Shown: piece by piece, positions 7,569 to 15,857 of the stretch
How positions within the stretch are numbered: the first letter of the stretch is position 1
How the letters are laid out: the number at the start of each line of letters is the position of its first letter
Source of the DNA: an archaeon
GTDB taxonomy: Archaea; Iainarchaeota; Iainarchaeia; Iainarchaeales; VGJJ01
DNA: 41,470 bases
Direction: 5' to 3'
NCBI GenBank assembly: GCA_038046225.1
Contig: JBBSWQ010000006.1
Coordinates: forward strand, 1 to 41,470
Made by a program: the position numbers and the translations under genes
Notes under the pieces: generated by a model
Databases searched by the model: none
The model's input: the letters and a program-made list of their open reading frames with translations, nothing else
What the model was told of the DNA's origin: nothing

Positions 7569-8444
7569 CTATTTCTGCGTAATCATTTCAAATAATTCCA
7601 CGAACTCCTCGGGCTCCAACAGAAATACTTTCTCCTCCGACAATTCGGAATCGCGAATCGCATCCTTGCTTCCCTGCATATCCATCCCCTTCACGGGATT
7701 CTTTTCCATCTGGGAAACGGCATTGTTTACGGTCTTATTCTTGAAACGGAAAATGGTCTTGAGCCACTGCACGAAAATGGGGTAATCATCAAAACGCACC
7801 GCCTTGGGTCGACGATTGATCAGGAGCAAGGCCGAAAAGTGATTGGGAATGGGGTAGAATGATTTGGGGGACACTTTCCGTTTGATTTCCCCATCGAAAA
7901 AATACTGCCCGATTACCGAAAGAGGATGGTATTCCCCGCTCCCGGGAGGGGAGAGGATTTTCTCCGCGAACTCCAGCTGCCATATCATGGATGCACGTGA
8001 AAACCCATGCGCGAAGAGGGAATACATGATGTCATCCGATATCGCATACGGAGGGGAAGCCACTACTTTCGTGAAGGGAATCGTTGAGAGGTTGAGGTGG
8101 AGAAAATCGTCCTCGATGATGGTGATGTCCTTCCGATCCGCGAACTTTTTTTTCAGATAATCCGCCAAGGAGTGGTGAAATTCCACGCAGGTAATTTGGG
8201 CAGGAGTATCCGCGAGCGCCTGCGTGACGATTCCCGTGCCCCCACCAATTTCGAGGATATGGTCTCCTTTCCTGATCCCGGCAGAAGAAACCAAATCCGC
8301 AACCGCCTCATCATCCACGAGGAAATTCTGGGAATACCGTTTCTCGGGGAACACCCCGGACTCCATCATGGCCCTCTGTAATTCCTCGAACGCGGACACG
8401 GGCAATTCACCGGGGGTAGCGGGCCTTGCGCTCGAGATCCTCAA
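7569..8444 (-). CDS. rsmA: small-subunit rRNA (adenine-N6,N6)-dimethyltransferase KsgA/RsmA/Dim1
   Basis: YSQNFLVDDEAV, SAM motif ILEIGGGTGIVTQAL and VVASPPYAISDDIM. The track start at 8444 is TTG and overlaps the upstream gene by 38 nt. The first ATG is at 8369. Confidence 0.87.
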   Translation of the reverse strand: MRISSARPATPGELPVSAFEELQRAMMESGVFPEKRYSQNFLVDDEAVADLVSSAGIRKGDHILEIGGGTGIVTQALADTPAQITCVEFHHSLADYLKKKFADRKDITIIEDDFLHLNLSTIPFTKVVASPPYAISDDIMYSLFAHGFSRASMIWQLEFAEKILSPPGSGEYHPLSVIGQYFFDGEIKRKVSPKSFYPIPNHFSALLLINRRPKAVRFDDYPIFVQWLKTIFRFKNKTVNNAVSQMEKNPVKGMDMQGSKDAIRDSELSEEKVFLLEPEEFVELFEMITQK

Positions 8445-8985
8445 CCTGGGGGGGTCGGACGAAGAGAAAATGCTTCTCGTCTCCCTCCAACTCGGACATG
8501 ATGCGTCGGCGGAGAATGGATAATGGAGATGTCAGGAAGCGAATGCGGTTTTCCACATCCTTCAATGAATCGAACGGTTTGGCTTGGCGCTCTTTGAGGA
8601 TGTCCCCCAAATGCCGTCGCCCAACACCTGGAAGGAGTTCCAATTGATGCCGTTTGAGGGAGATGCTCCCGCTGATGTTGAAGAACGAAACGAATCGGGC
8701 CTCATTGAGCATGATGGCCTGATCCACGGCTCGCTCCAATTCTGATTTAGCCACGGACGTCAATTGCTCGTAGGGGATGCGCTGTTTGATATGGTCAATC
8801 TTTTCCCTGGAATCCTTGCCGATGTAGACCTCTTCAAGGGGCTTGAGATCCACTCCTACTTTGGGCACCACTTCCAACAGGGTGAAAAAACCCATTCCCA
8901 AGACGATGGCGATGGGTTCACTCTTGAAGCCGGAGCTCTTCCCTTGCGGTAGGAAATCGAGGACGATCGCTTTGTCTTCATTCAT
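8407..8985 (-). CDS. DUF655-family predicted RNA-binding protein (COG1491-like, OB fold + HhH)
   Basis: 192 aa. AIVLDFLPQGKS...EPIAIVLG and HQLELLPGVGRRHLGDILKERQAKPF (helix-hairpin-helix). Sits in the conserved archaeal neighbourhood rpl21e-rpoF-DUF655-ksgA. Confidence 0.72.
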   Translation of the reverse strand: MNEDKAIVLDFLPQGKSSGFKSEPIAIVLGMGFFTLLEVVPKVGVDLKPLEEVYIGKDSREKIDHIKQRIPYEQLTSVAKSELERAVDQAIMLNEARFVSFFNISGSISLKRHQLELLPGVGRRHLGDILKERQAKPFDSLKDVENRIRFLTSPLSILRRRIMSELEGDEKHFLFVRPPQVEDLERKARYPR

Positions 8986-9062
8986 GGGGGCATCACCATC
9001 ATTTGGGGAGGGGGGACTATTTATGGGTGCGGTCCACCGCTCCTTTTTCCCGGAAAAGGGTC

Positions 9063-9410
9063 TCAGGACCCGCCGTGTTTCTTGACGAGAGAGAGGACTT
9101 CCGCGTATTGGGCGTCCCCCAACCCGTGCGCCTTGGGGAGGACTGCCTTCAATGATTCCTCATCATCCGGGAGGAAATCCACAATCTTGACGGCCGCTTC
9201 CTCGGACATGTTTTCCATGTTGAGGAGATTGTTGTACAGGGTCTCGGCCTTATCCTTGGAAAGCTTGGCGAACTTGGTGGCGTATTCCAATGTCTGCGTC
9301 TGCTCGTAGGAGGGATCCTTTCCCGCGTTGTCGCGGTTTTCCAGAAAATCCTTCACATGAGAAAGGGAAACCGGTTTCCGTTCGAGCAATTCTTTTCCAA
9401 TCATACGCAT
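9063..9410 (-). CDS. rpoF: DNA-directed RNA polymerase subunit Rpo4 (RpoF)
   Basis: 115 aa. PVSLSHVKDFLENR...EQTQTLEYATKFAKLSKDKAETLYNNLL...AVKIVDFLP is Rpo4/Rpb4-like. Conserved position after rpl21e. Confidence 0.8.
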   Translation of the reverse strand: MRMIGKELLERKPVSLSHVKDFLENRDNAGKDPSYEQTQTLEYATKFAKLSKDKAETLYNNLLNMENMSEEAAVKIVDFLPDDEESLKAVLPKAHGLGDAQYAEVLSLVKKHGGS

Positions 9411-9434
9411 TCCATCCGCACTCGTTTCTTCAAA

Positions 9435-9752
9435 TTATTCCTTGGACCGGTCCTTGGGTTCCATCTGTTCAATCTCTTGCAAGTGAACCGGACTCACAAT
9501 CAGCTGGCACCATTGGGAACCCTGCTGAATCTCCACGATGGCCGCACGGCCCTGCATCCCTTCGACCTTTCCTGTCAACCCATGAAATCGGCGGAAAGGC
9601 ATTCCTGAATGGATGGATCCATCAATCACAATCTGGACGGCCTGCCCCTTCTCGAACGTGCGCAAGCGCATCGTGACGGTGGGCTTAATCCGGCGTGCCG
9701 TTATCTTGGCCCGGGACTTCGCCCGGAACCCGCGTGCTTTCTTCCCAGCCAT
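9435..9752 (-). CDS. rpl21e: 50S ribosomal protein eL21
   Basis: MAGKKARGFRAKSR...FEKGQAVQIVIDGSIHSGMPFRRFHGLTGKVEG. I start at ATG 9752; the track start at 9770 is TTG. Confidence 0.88.
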   Translation of the reverse strand: MAGKKARGFRAKSRAKITARRIKPTVTMRLRTFEKGQAVQIVIDGSIHSGMPFRRFHGLTGKVEGMQGRAAIVEIQQGSQWCQLIVSPVHLQEIEQMEPKDRSKE

Positions 9753-9802
9753 ATAACCATCTCTCCCCAACCTGGCAATACTCTAAGAAGTTAGAGAATC
9801 TT

Positions 9803-9810
9803 TTATAAAG
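9803..9810 (-). promoter_or_regulatory. candidate TATA box for the rpl21e-rpoF-DUF655-ksgA operon
   Basis: The minus strand reads ggtttcTTTATAAAAgatt about 50 nt upstream of ATG 9752. GGGGAG lies between it and the start. Confidence 0.4.
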
Positions 9811-9896
9811 AAACCGCGGAGAGAACCCCTTTTCTCCCCCCTACACGAGGAAAAAAGGGCCAAAAGACCTATTTAAATAGCTTTTGAGTCCAAGCC

Positions 9897-9904
9897 TATA
9901 AAAA
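9897..9904 (+). promoter_or_regulatory. candidate TATA box for tbp (one of three TATA-like boxes in this intergenic region)
   Basis: TATAAAAA at 9897-9904. Additional TTTAAATA at 9872-9879 and TTTTTAAA at 9909-9916. GTG 9929 lies 25 nt downstream and ATG 9950 lies 46 nt downstream. Confidence 0.45.
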
Positions 9905-9949
9905 GGCCTTTTTAAACGGCCTGACTGGGTGCCCCCAAAGGGTAGGGAG

Positions 9950-10900
9950 ATGGTTGGGATGAGCGAAGGATCCGGACAAGTTTTTGAACAGCATTCGTTC
10001 GATCACAAGGGAAGGAAGATCGATTACGCAATCGTAAACCTCGTCGCGAGCGGGGGACTCAACGCCAATCTGGACCTCTATAATCTGGCCATGTCCATCC
10101 CCAACATCGAATATGAGCCTGAACAGTTTCCTGGCGCCATTCTCAAGATGAAGGAGCCCAAAGTCTCCATGTTATTGTTCAAGAATGGAAAAATCATCTG
10201 CTCCGGTGCATCGGCGCAAAATCAAATTGATTTGGCCATCAAGAAAGTCAACAAGATGATCAACGAGATCCAGCCCAACGTGAAAATTCTCAAGACGATC
10301 GAATATGACGTCGTGAACCTCGTTGCCACCGGCAATCTCCACCAAAACCTTGATTTGTTCGCCACCGCCATGCAGTTGGACAATGTGGAATACGAACCTG
10401 AACAGTTTCCCGGGGCCATTCTGCGATTGGACGATCCTAAATTGACTATGCTATTGTTCAAGAATGGGAAAGTGATTTGCGCAGGGGCCAAAAATGAAAA
10501 AGAGATGATCCGGGGATTAGAAACCGCTGATGATTTGGTGCGAGGAATGAAATCCGGCGCCACCCCACGAAAATCCAAGAAAGAAGCCACGCTTGACGAT
10601 GATGAAGACGACTTCGACGACGATGAAGAAATGGCACCCCTCCCCGCCCCGAAAGCAAAGACGGTCGCAGTGCCATCCCACAAGGGAAAACCCCATGTGA
10701 TGGACGAAAAGGAAGCGGAACCCGAGAAAGAAGAGGAAGAGATGGTCGAAGAGGAAGAAAGCGAAGACGAGGACGAGATAGACCTCTCCCCCATCAAGGG
10801 AAAGAACCGCAAACCACCCGTCAAGGCCGTCGTGGAAGACGACGAGGACGACGAAGACGAGGAAGAGGAAGAGAAAGAAGACGACGAAGACAAATTGTGA
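9950..10900 (+). CDS. tbp: TATA-box binding protein with ~117-aa acidic/basic low-complexity C-terminal extension
   Basis: Two TBP repeats: IVNLVASGGLNANLDLYNLA...EYEPEQFPGAILKM...LLFKNGKIICSGA, and VVNLVATGNLHQNLDLFATA...EYEPEQFPGAILRL...LLFKNGKVICAGA. The tail starts at about nt 10547. Start is ATG 9950, or GTG 9929 per the track. Confidence 0.92.
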   Translation: MVGMSEGSGQVFEQHSFDHKGRKIDYAIVNLVASGGLNANLDLYNLAMSIPNIEYEPEQFPGAILKMKEPKVSMLLFKNGKIICSGASAQNQIDLAIKKVNKMINEIQPNVKILKTIEYDVVNLVATGNLHQNLDLFATAMQLDNVEYEPEQFPGAILRLDDPKLTMLLFKNGKVICAGAKNEKEMIRGLETADDLVRGMKSGATPRKSKKEATLDDDEDDFDDDEEMAPLPAPKAKTVAVPSHKGKPHVMDEKEAEPEKEEEEMVEEEESEDEDEIDLSPIKGKNRKPPVKAVVEDDEDDEDEEEEEKEDDEDKL

Positions 10901-10958
10901 TGATTTTCGTGGTGGAAATATCCATTTGCCGGAGGGCATGGCCGTCGCCTGCCCAACC

Positions 10959-10965
10959 TTTATAA
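10959..10965 (+). promoter_or_regulatory. TATA box (TTTATAA) of the 5S rRNA gene
   Basis: aaccTTTATAAccc ends 24 nt before the predicted 5S 5' end, which is typical archaeal TATA-to-TSS spacing. Confidence 0.55.
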
Positions 10966-10988
10966 CCCTTTACCAGGGGTAAATGATT

Positions 10989-11107
10989 TGTTGACAGCCA
11001 TAGAGGCCTGGCACCACCCGGTCCCATTCCGAACCCGGAAGTGAAACGGGCACTCGTGGCTTGTTGCGCTGGGATTTTTCCTGGAGCGACGCCAACGCTG
11101 TCAACAC
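10989..11107 (+). rRNA. rrn5: 5S ribosomal RNA (stand-alone gene)
   Basis: Universal 5S box CCCGGUCCCAUUCCGAACCCGGAAGUGAAAC at 11018-11048. Terminal helix I pairs tgttgacagc (10989-10998) with gctgtcaaca (11097-11106). Length is about 118 nt, followed by a T5 run. Confidence 0.85.
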
Positions 11108-11112
11108 TCATC

Positions 11113-11117
11113 TTTTT
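11113..11117 (+). terminator. oligo-T terminator candidate after 5S rRNA
   Basis: tcTTTTTc immediately 3' of helix I. Confidence 0.4.
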
Positions 11118-11137
11118 CTAAACCCTGGAAGAGGGGG

Positions 11138-11836
11138 TTAACCTTTCTTTTTTACTACCGCATATACGCTGGTTCCAAAGGGCAGAATCTTCGTTTTCGT
11201 AGAAAGAAAATTTTCGAGTGTAAGAATGGATAGCATTCCCTGATTGATTATTGGATTCACGTGCGATAAATCGCTTTCTTCACTTGAGAGAATTTTTTTC
11301 TTCACCCACGCAGGTAAGAAAAATGAAGCGTTCCAATAGGATGAATGCACACAATCCGCGTCGGCTTCGCGAATGCATTGAACTAATTCTTTCTTGGAAT
11401 ACCTCCGCAGATGGTGGACTAATTCATCGTGCTTGGACCACAACCACTGAAAGGCAGGAACTGTAATGATTACAATTCCATTTGGATTTAATAGTTTCAG
11501 TGCTTTTTTCAAGAACGCTCGATCTTCCTTCACGTGTTCTAGGACGTCCATCAGTAATATTACATCAAATGATGAATGGACCGTATTTAGTGAATCATGA
11601 ATGGTGATCCCTTTATCACGTGCATATTTTTGTGCCACGGGATGGGTTTCAATTCCCATGCGCTTGATATGCGGATACCTTTCCAGTAAGGTTCCCGCGC
11701 CACATCCTATATCCAAAATGGAGTCAAAGGAAGAAGCATGCTGTCGAATCAAACGTTCAATTAAATCCACACGTGCCAAATACCACCAGTTTTGATGCTC
11801 CAACTGGTGCATCTTATGATATTCCCCAACCTCCAT
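11138..11836 (-). CDS. class I SAM-dependent methyltransferase (Methyltransf_11/23-like)
   Basis: ILDIGCGAGTLLE (motif I), DVILLMDVLEHV and LNPNGIVIITVP. I start at ATG 11836 (MEVGEYHK), preceded by AAGGTGA. The track ORF extends to 11902. Confidence 0.8.
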   Translation of the reverse strand: MEVGEYHKMHQLEHQNWWYLARVDLIERLIRQHASSFDSILDIGCGAGTLLERYPHIKRMGIETHPVAQKYARDKGITIHDSLNTVHSSFDVILLMDVLEHVKEDRAFLKKALKLLNPNGIVIITVPAFQWLWSKHDELVHHLRRYSKKELVQCIREADADCVHSSYWNASFFLPAWVKKKILSSEESDLSHVNPIINQGMLSILTLENFLSTKTKILPFGTSVYAVVKKKG

Positions 11837-11872
11837 CCGCTCACCTTGACATAGGGGAATAGAAATAGATTC

Positions 11873-11880
11873 TATATAAA
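11873..11880. promoter_or_regulatory. TATA-like element TATATAAA in the divergent MTase/aglB intergenic region (possibly bidirectional)
   Basis: Lies 37 nt upstream of the minus-strand ATG 11836. A second box, TTTATAAT at 11917-11924, ends 25 nt before the in-frame ATG 11949 of aglB. Confidence 0.4.
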
Positions 11881-11936
11881 TACGATAAGTAATCAACCCC
11901 ATCCATCGTGCGACTGTTTATAATTGGATTAACTCT

Positions 11937-14210
11937 ATGGGACTTCATATGGATGTAGAACATTCAACAAGCACCCTACCGACCCTCGAACAGGCGACCG
12001 TCGCTCATACTGCTCCCACTTCCTGGATTGAACGCGTTGGGAACCGGTTGCACCGCTCGGACTTTGGCGTTATTGCCCTTATTTTCATTTTAGGCTTTAT
12101 CATTCGCGCCCACCTGATGCGATACGAATTATTCTTTGAGTTTGATTCGTATTGGCACGCGCGAATGGTGTCCTATATCCTCCAGGGACTGCCCGCCCCG
12201 ACGATGGATCCACTGGCATACTATCAGAATCCCGTGGCGGCGTCGTTCGCCAATCCCCCGTTGTTTTTCTGGTATGCATCGGTCGCGGTTTACAAGATTT
12301 TTACGTTAAATGCGGCTTATTCTCAGGAACTATGGATCTTTTTCGTAAAAATTATTCCAGCATTGTTTGGTGCGTTAACGAGCGTAGCGATGTTCTTTTT
12401 GGGAAAAGAATTGTTCAAGGGAAAAGATGAAAAAATGGCAGGATTGTTGGCAGGCATTTTGGTTGCCGTCATGCCCGCATTCGTCTATCGTACGATGGGG
12501 GGATTTTTCGAGGACGATAGTTTTGGTTTCCTCTGGATGGCGGTGGGTTTCGTCTTTTTTGTGAAAGCCGTGCGCAATCCCGAGTGGAAGAGAAATAATA
12601 TCATCGACGCGATACTCGCCGGCGTTTCTTTCGGCTTGATGGCTCTCTCGTGGTCGGGGTTCAATCAATTGGTTCCCATCCTCTTGGGGATTGGGTTTGT
12701 GCAGTTTCTGATTTGGACGAAGGAAGGGGAATTGAAAAAAGCGGATCACTATGCGCGATTATGGCTCATTTCATTTGGTCTATTGGCTGTTTTTGCCACA
12801 CTTCAATCGGGATTGTTCTGGCTGGACCAGTTTGGAGGAATCACCGGAATCGTGCTAGGATTGAGACTGGGATATATTGATACGCTCGCCGTGATTCTCG
12901 CGCTCTTCTTGTTTTCGATGGCACTATTCTTTGTCCAAAAGCGATTGAGCTGGGGTCCCAACGCGGTGAAAAAAATATTCTTCATCACTATTCTTTTTTT
13001 AGTGTTGGTCCCCCTCGTGGTCAATTTTTTCAACGTGAGCCTGCGAACAGGAGACGTGCTTGGTCAGACGATTGGGGAAGAAAGCGATGGGAAGAATTAT
13101 TTTGGAAACAAGTATAATTTCATGGTCTTGTTTGCCATTCTCGGGATTCCAATTATCGGTTACCTGTTGTGGAAACACTCCCGCCATTATGAGTTTTTAA
13201 CCATTCCATTGGTGTGGGTCGTGGTTACTTTTTTCATGGCATGGGGAAAATTGAAATTCACCTATTATTGGGGTATCCCTCTTGCACTAATCGGAGCCGT
13301 TTTGCTCGTTATCCTGCATCGTCATTTTGCGCGCAAGTCCATCCGTACCCAAAAGATAGTCGCACTCGCGATGGGATTTATCCTGATGGGGGGAATCGCA
13401 TCGGGGGTAATATTCGTGACGCAAAATGTTCCCAATATCGAAGCGAGTGCGGGGTGGAAGACCGCCCTGTTTTGGTCCAATCAAAACCTGCCGGAGGATG
13501 CCAAATTTTTCAATTGGTGGGATGAGGGGCATTGGATCACATTCCTTTCCCAACGGGGTGTCATCATTGACAACCGGAACGTCGATGTGAAGGCATCCGC
13601 GGACGTGGCGCTATTCATGATAACCCCTAATCCTGCGGAAGCAATGGATTTGGTCCAGAAACATGGGTCCACCCACCTCATTTTTGGAGATGATTTGCTT
13701 ACCAAGATGACCAATCTGGGGTTCTTTGCGTATGACATCACATCGGCTGCTGATCCGCGGATACAGGGATTGTCGGGTGCAATGTTTTTCTGCTCGAGGA
13801 ATGTGACCACGCTCACAAAGGAAGTGTCGTTTAAATGCGGAGAGAATACGTTCACGTCCGACCAACTGGAGTCCTTTCCTACGGTATGGACGCAGCAACC
13901 TACCGTACTCCAGGATGGCGCTCCCCTCTACCTATATCGTGATGAAGGAATGACACGGTTGTATGCGTTCTCCACGAAAGCGAATAATGCAATGCTCGTC
14001 CGATTGTGGTTCGACGACCCATCCCTGGATGAATCGTTCCCGCCCCTCTACTCCAATACGGGCGGGGTGCGCATCTGGGGGGTGAATCCAGGAATTGGGA
14101 ATTTCTCCACCAATCCTCCCGTCGAGGTAATCAATGAATCTCCTTCCATTCCACTGGACTCCAACGTGGCCATCCCGGATGCGAATGGAGTCGACACCAA
14201 CTCTTCCTGA
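11937..14210 (+). CDS. aglB: archaeal oligosaccharyltransferase AglB (STT3 family)
   Basis: 757 aa, polytopic N-terminal two-thirds plus a soluble C-terminal domain. First-loop acidic motif FEFDSYWHARM, second acidic motif FFEDDSFG, and catalytic WWDEGHW (WWDxG). Alternative leaderless start at ATG 11949. Confidence 0.88.
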   Translation: MGLHMDVEHSTSTLPTLEQATVAHTAPTSWIERVGNRLHRSDFGVIALIFILGFIIRAHLMRYELFFEFDSYWHARMVSYILQGLPAPTMDPLAYYQNPVAASFANPPLFFWYASVAVYKIFTLNAAYSQELWIFFVKIIPALFGALTSVAMFFLGKELFKGKDEKMAGLLAGILVAVMPAFVYRTMGGFFEDDSFGFLWMAVGFVFFVKAVRNPEWKRNNIIDAILAGVSFGLMALSWSGFNQLVPILLGIGFVQFLIWTKEGELKKADHYARLWLISFGLLAVFATLQSGLFWLDQFGGITGIVLGLRLGYIDTLAVILALFLFSMALFFVQKRLSWGPNAVKKIFFITILFLVLVPLVVNFFNVSLRTGDVLGQTIGEESDGKNYFGNKYNFMVLFAILGIPIIGYLLWKHSRHYEFLTIPLVWVVVTFFMAWGKLKFTYYWGIPLALIGAVLLVILHRHFARKSIRTQKIVALAMGFILMGGIASGVIFVTQNVPNIEASAGWKTALFWSNQNLPEDAKFFNWWDEGHWITFLSQRGVIIDNRNVDVKASADVALFMITPNPAEAMDLVQKHGSTHLIFGDDLLTKMTNLGFFAYDITSAADPRIQGLSGAMFFCSRNVTTLTKEVSFKCGENTFTSDQLESFPTVWTQQPTVLQDGAPLYLYRDEGMTRLYAFSTKANNAMLVRLWFDDPSLDESFPPLYSNTGGVRIWGVNPGIGNFSTNPPVEVINESPSIPLDSNVAIPDANGVDTNSS

Positions 14211-14294
14211 TTCGAGACTTGCACCACGTGCGTTTTAATACACCTGGACGCCCGTTTTTGAAGGTTCGTCTATGATAGTTCTGAAGGGAAAATC

Positions 14295-15395
14295 ATGTTT
14301 GGCATGCACCGCAAAATAGTATTCGTTTCACTCCTCCTGGCGCTCATTGCATTGGGATTCGTGGGCTATGAGATTCAACTCCTGCTTATCGCCTACTCCT
14401 CATTCGTCGTTGCCTTTCTTTCATTCCCGTTCTTCATCCGCCGAATGCATTTGCAAAAAACGTTTTCATGGAAAGATTTCAACAAGCCGGAAGGAAGTCC
14501 TCTTGTCGCCGGAATGGGTGGGGCCATCGTGCTCCTTTCATTCGTGTATGCCATCATGGTGGCGTTATTTTCTCAATCGTATTTGGGTCACTTTTCGGGA
14601 ATCGATCTCCTCTCCATCCTCGCTGCCATGCTTACGATTATCTTGGTAGGACTGATTGGGATTGTGGATGACGTCATTGGATGGACCAAGGGTATACGGC
14701 AGTACCAGCATGCCCTCTTCCCCATTTTTGCCGCATTCCCTCTCATGGTGCTGCCCCAGACAATCGGAAACACGGGAGTGGATATCCCATTTTTTGGATT
14801 CATGAATTTTGGCATCATGTATGCCCTTCTCCTCGTTCCCATCGCAGTGACAGGAGCGAGCAATGCCTCCAACATGCTCGCGGGGTTGAATGGATTGGAA
14901 GGAGGGATGGGCCTGCTCAACGCTATTGCCGTGCTCATCGTGGCGTTGGTATTGGGAAAAATCGAAGTGGCAATCATCATGGTCGGACTCATCGGAGCCA
15001 TCCTCGCATTTTTGGCCTACAATTGGTATCCTGCCAGAGTTTTCCCGGGGGACTCCTTCACCCTCATGATGGGTGCTGCCATCGCCTCGGTTTGTGTAAT
15101 TGGGAACATGGAAAAGATTGGGATAATGCTCTTCTCCCTTTATTTCATCGAGCTCCTATTGAAGGGGAGAACTCAAATGCAAGCACAGAGTTTTGGAGTC
15201 CCCCAATCGGATGGGACACTGAAAGCACCTGAAAAAATTGGCAGCCTAACGCACGTAGTCATGCGCATGGGGCGATTTACTGAAAAACAGGTGGTACTTA
15301 TCATTCTGGGAATGCAGATGATGGTAATCGTGGCCACTCTTTTCTTCTTTTGGACTAATTACCAGCAGGCAGCCCTTCTATATGGGGGCGTATAA
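14295..15395 (+). CDS. aglH: UDP-GlcNAc:dolichyl-phosphate GlcNAc-1-phosphate transferase (Alg7/AglH/WecA-MraY family)
   Basis: 366 aa, polytopic. Glycos_transf_4 signatures GIVDDVIGW, NASNMLAGLNGLEGG and YPARVFPGDSFTL. Confidence 0.85.
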   Translation: MFGMHRKIVFVSLLLALIALGFVGYEIQLLLIAYSSFVVAFLSFPFFIRRMHLQKTFSWKDFNKPEGSPLVAGMGGAIVLLSFVYAIMVALFSQSYLGHFSGIDLLSILAAMLTIILVGLIGIVDDVIGWTKGIRQYQHALFPIFAAFPLMVLPQTIGNTGVDIPFFGFMNFGIMYALLLVPIAVTGASNASNMLAGLNGLEGGMGLLNAIAVLIVALVLGKIEVAIIMVGLIGAILAFLAYNWYPARVFPGDSFTLMMGAAIASVCVIGNMEKIGIMLFSLYFIELLLKGRTQMQAQSFGVPQSDGTLKAPEKIGSLTHVVMRMGRFTEKQVVLIILGMQMMVIVATLFFFWTNYQQAALLYGGV

Positions 15396-15398
15396 CCC

Positions 15399-15857
15399 AT
15401 GATCCTCCTCACGTGTTCAGCCGGTGGACATCTCACGGAAATGCGGCAGTTGGCTCCGTTTTACTCTAAAATACCCCATGCGTTCATCACATTCGAACGA
15501 GCGGATACTCTATCGCTGAAGAAAACCGAAAACGTTTTTTTTATACCTCGTCCTGGAAGAAATATTCTGAACACCTTAAGGGCCTTTTTTGCAGTATTCT
15601 CGATTCTCGAGGAAGTCAAGCCCCAAATGGTGATTTCCACGGGGGCCGATGTCACGGTTCCGGTATGCCTCGCGGCAAAACTGAAGGGGATTCCGGTCGT
15701 ATTCATCGAGAGCTATTGCCGACCATATACTCCAAGTTGGAGCGGGAGAATTATCTCCTTATTCGCCAATCGCGTATTATACCAATGGCCGGACCTCAAA
15801 AAATATTATCCTTCCGGAACCTATTCCGGATCCATATTTGCGGGGGGAGAGAAATGA
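15399..15857 (+). CDS. Alg14-like (PssD/Cps14F-type) membrane-association subunit of a bipartite GlcNAc transferase
   Basis: 152 aa. CSAGGHLTEM, VISTGADVTVPVCLAAKLKGIPVVFIESYCR and ANRVLYQWPDL...YSGSIF match the Alg14 family pattern. Confidence 0.8.
   Translation: MILLTCSAGGHLTEMRQLAPFYSKIPHAFITFERADTLSLKKTENVFFIPRPGRNILNTLRAFFAVFSILEEVKPQMVISTGADVTVPVCLAAKLKGIPVVFIESYCRPYTPSWSGRIISLFANRVLYQWPDLKKYYPSGTYSGSIFAGGEK

Noticed and set aside
8407-8444. 38-nt overlap between ksgA and the DUF655 gene, considered as a possible programmed overlap or frameshift
   Set aside because: It is most simply explained by the track using a TTG start for ksgA. An ATG-ATG pair at 8369/8366 gives a normal-length KsgA N-terminus without overlap.
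10222-10956. 244-aa minus-strand Ser-rich ORF (plus a 140-aa ORF at 10517-10939) opposite the TBP gene
   Set aside because: It is an artefact of the GAA/GAC/GAG codon repeats encoding the acidic TBP tail, which read as TCx/TTC on the opposite strand. The TBP frame is clearly the real one.
10898-10960. Possible C/D-box sRNA: GTGATGA (C-box-like) straddling the tbp stop codon (it includes TGA 10898-10900)
   Set aside because: No CTGA D box or D' box within the following ~70 nt. The region is better explained as the tbp stop plus the 5S promoter.
10821-11111. 96-aa minus-strand ORF
   Set aside because: It overlaps the whole 5S rRNA gene and its promoter. No coding signal.
15665-15853. Upstream extension of the Alg13-GT2 ORF in the track (start 15665)
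   Set aside because: It lies entirely inside the Alg14 gene in another frame. The Alg13-like domain begins exactly at ATG 15854 (MIFVSVGT), which forms an ATGA overlap with the Alg14 stop.
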